A DNA stretch of 64,000 bases, from NCBI GenBank assembly GCA_902779505.1, contig CACZBZ010000002.1, positions 40,601-104,600 on the forward strand, in the 5' to 3' direction. Origin of the DNA: an uncultured Lachnospiraceae bacterium (GTDB lineage: Bacteria > Bacillota > Clostridia > Lachnospirales > Lachnospiraceae). This document shows positions 63,009 through 64,000 of this stretch, in pieces. Position numbers and translations under genes: made by a program. Each line of letters starts with the position of its first letter. Position 1 is the stretch's first letter. The notes beneath the pieces are model-generated. The model had not been told where the DNA came from. It saw nothing but the letters and a program-made list of their open reading frames with translations, and ran no database searches.

Positions 63009-63173
63009 AAAGAATGTGATCGAAATGATCTAAAATTATATCCGACTGTCCTCCTTTCCGGCACAGACTGTCAGATTTGTCTCTGTGTCATATTATAAGT
63101 TCTGCAGCCTCTTTCCCGCAAGTTATTATTTCTAAAATAATTATTAAATAAGTTTAAAGAAAAAGTGGAAAGA

Positions 63174-63201
63174 TTGACTTGTTACGCCTTTTTGATAAAA
63201 T
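63174..63201 (+). promoter_or_regulatory. sigma-A promoter of mecA (probably leaderless transcript)
   Basis: TTGACT-16bp-TAAAAT with TGn extension; ATG 6 bp after the -10 element. Confidence 0.7.
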
Positions 63202-63207
63202 GAGTGT

Positions 63208-63987
63208 ATGAAGATAGAGATGATAAACGACTATCAGATTCGTTGCACTCTCACAAGCGAAGACCTGGCTAAGCGTGAGATAAAGATATCGGAACTGAAG
63301 TACGGAAAAGCTAAAACTAAACAATTATTCAAAGAGATCATCCAGGAAGCCTCTTTAAAGTATGGATTCAATCAGGAGAACTATGCCGTAATCGTGGATG
63401 CAGTTCCCATGAAATCCAACTGTATTGTTCTTATCATCACTAAAGTTGAAGACCCTAAAGAGATCGATACACGTTTCTCGAGGTTTGCGCCTTCGGTTAT
63501 GGATGAGGATGCAGACAGTGAAGATTTCAGTTCCTCTTCTACACCCGCTGAGATTATGGATCTCTTTAATAAGATAAGAGAAGAAGCCGAAGCAATAGTC
63601 GGAGGAGATGTGAGCATATCCATCTCTACTTTCGACGGAAGCAGCGGAGAAGTGGCCGTTACGGCAGCACCTCATTCCGGCGGAACAGGAAAAGACAGGG
63701 TATTCACTTTTGGCTCTATGTATGAACTTGTTAAGCCTGCAGCTGTTCTTAAGGACACATACAACGGCCTTAACTCATTATATAAGGACAAGGATACGGG
63801 ACGTTACCTTCTGGTTATTTCCGAAGATTCCGAACACACGGAGTCTTTCAGTAAGGCCTGCAACATTCTCTCGGAATACGGTAAGCTGGAGCGCAATTCC
63901 AATGCTTCGGAAAGTTACTTCAACGAGCATTTCGAGCTGGTATTTGAGCATGATGCTTTACAGAAGATCGGAAAAGTAATGTGCTAA
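63208..63987 (+). CDS. mecA: ClpC adaptor protein MecA
   Basis: MKIEMINDYQIRCTLTSEDLAKR N-terminus; SLYK, ILSEYG, EH and DAL C-terminal motifs. Confidence 0.9.
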   Translation: MKIEMINDYQIRCTLTSEDLAKREIKISELKYGKAKTKQLFKEIIQEASLKYGFNQENYAVIVDAVPMKSNCIVLIITKVEDPKEIDTRFSRFAPSVMDEDADSEDFSSSSTPAEIMDLFNKIREEAEAIVGGDVSISISTFDGSSGEVAVTAAPHSGGTGKDRVFTFGSMYELVKPAAVLKDTYNGLNSLYKDKDTGRYLLVISEDSEHTESFSKACNILSEYGKLERNSNASESYFNEHFELVFEHDALQKIGKVMC

Positions 63988-64000
63988 ACTATGTAGTTGA

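Overview
A 64-kb chromosomal window from a low-GC anaerobic Firmicute. Gene content and order resemble Lachnospiraceae such as Butyrivibrio (inferred, not searched). Almost all genes are on the minus strand. Housekeeping content includes the F1Fo ATP synthase operon (c subunit with a Na+-binding signature), upp/rpiB/sua5, hrcA-grpE-dnaK-dnaJ with a perfect CIRCE, a liv-type ABC transporter, split B12-dependent methionine synthase, GS III, RNase J/RuvX/IreB, tRNA/rRNA/protein modification genes, tRNA-Gln(CTG) and mecA. The notable accessory block is 33.2-45.7 kb. It holds a 2-aminoethylphosphonate (AEP) biosynthesis and cytidylyl-activation operon that ends in a small procoat/MifM-like membrane protein and a YidC insertase fused to a TagF-like CDP-polyol phosphotransferase. 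Next to it are a YfhO(GT-C)-CBM32-GH20 fusion and a frameshifted GT-C pseudogene. Two copies of a ~140-nt hairpin element with compensatory base changes lie in unrelated intergenic regions (25.7 kb and 32.8 kb). No transposase, integrase, prophage or CRISPR array was seen.
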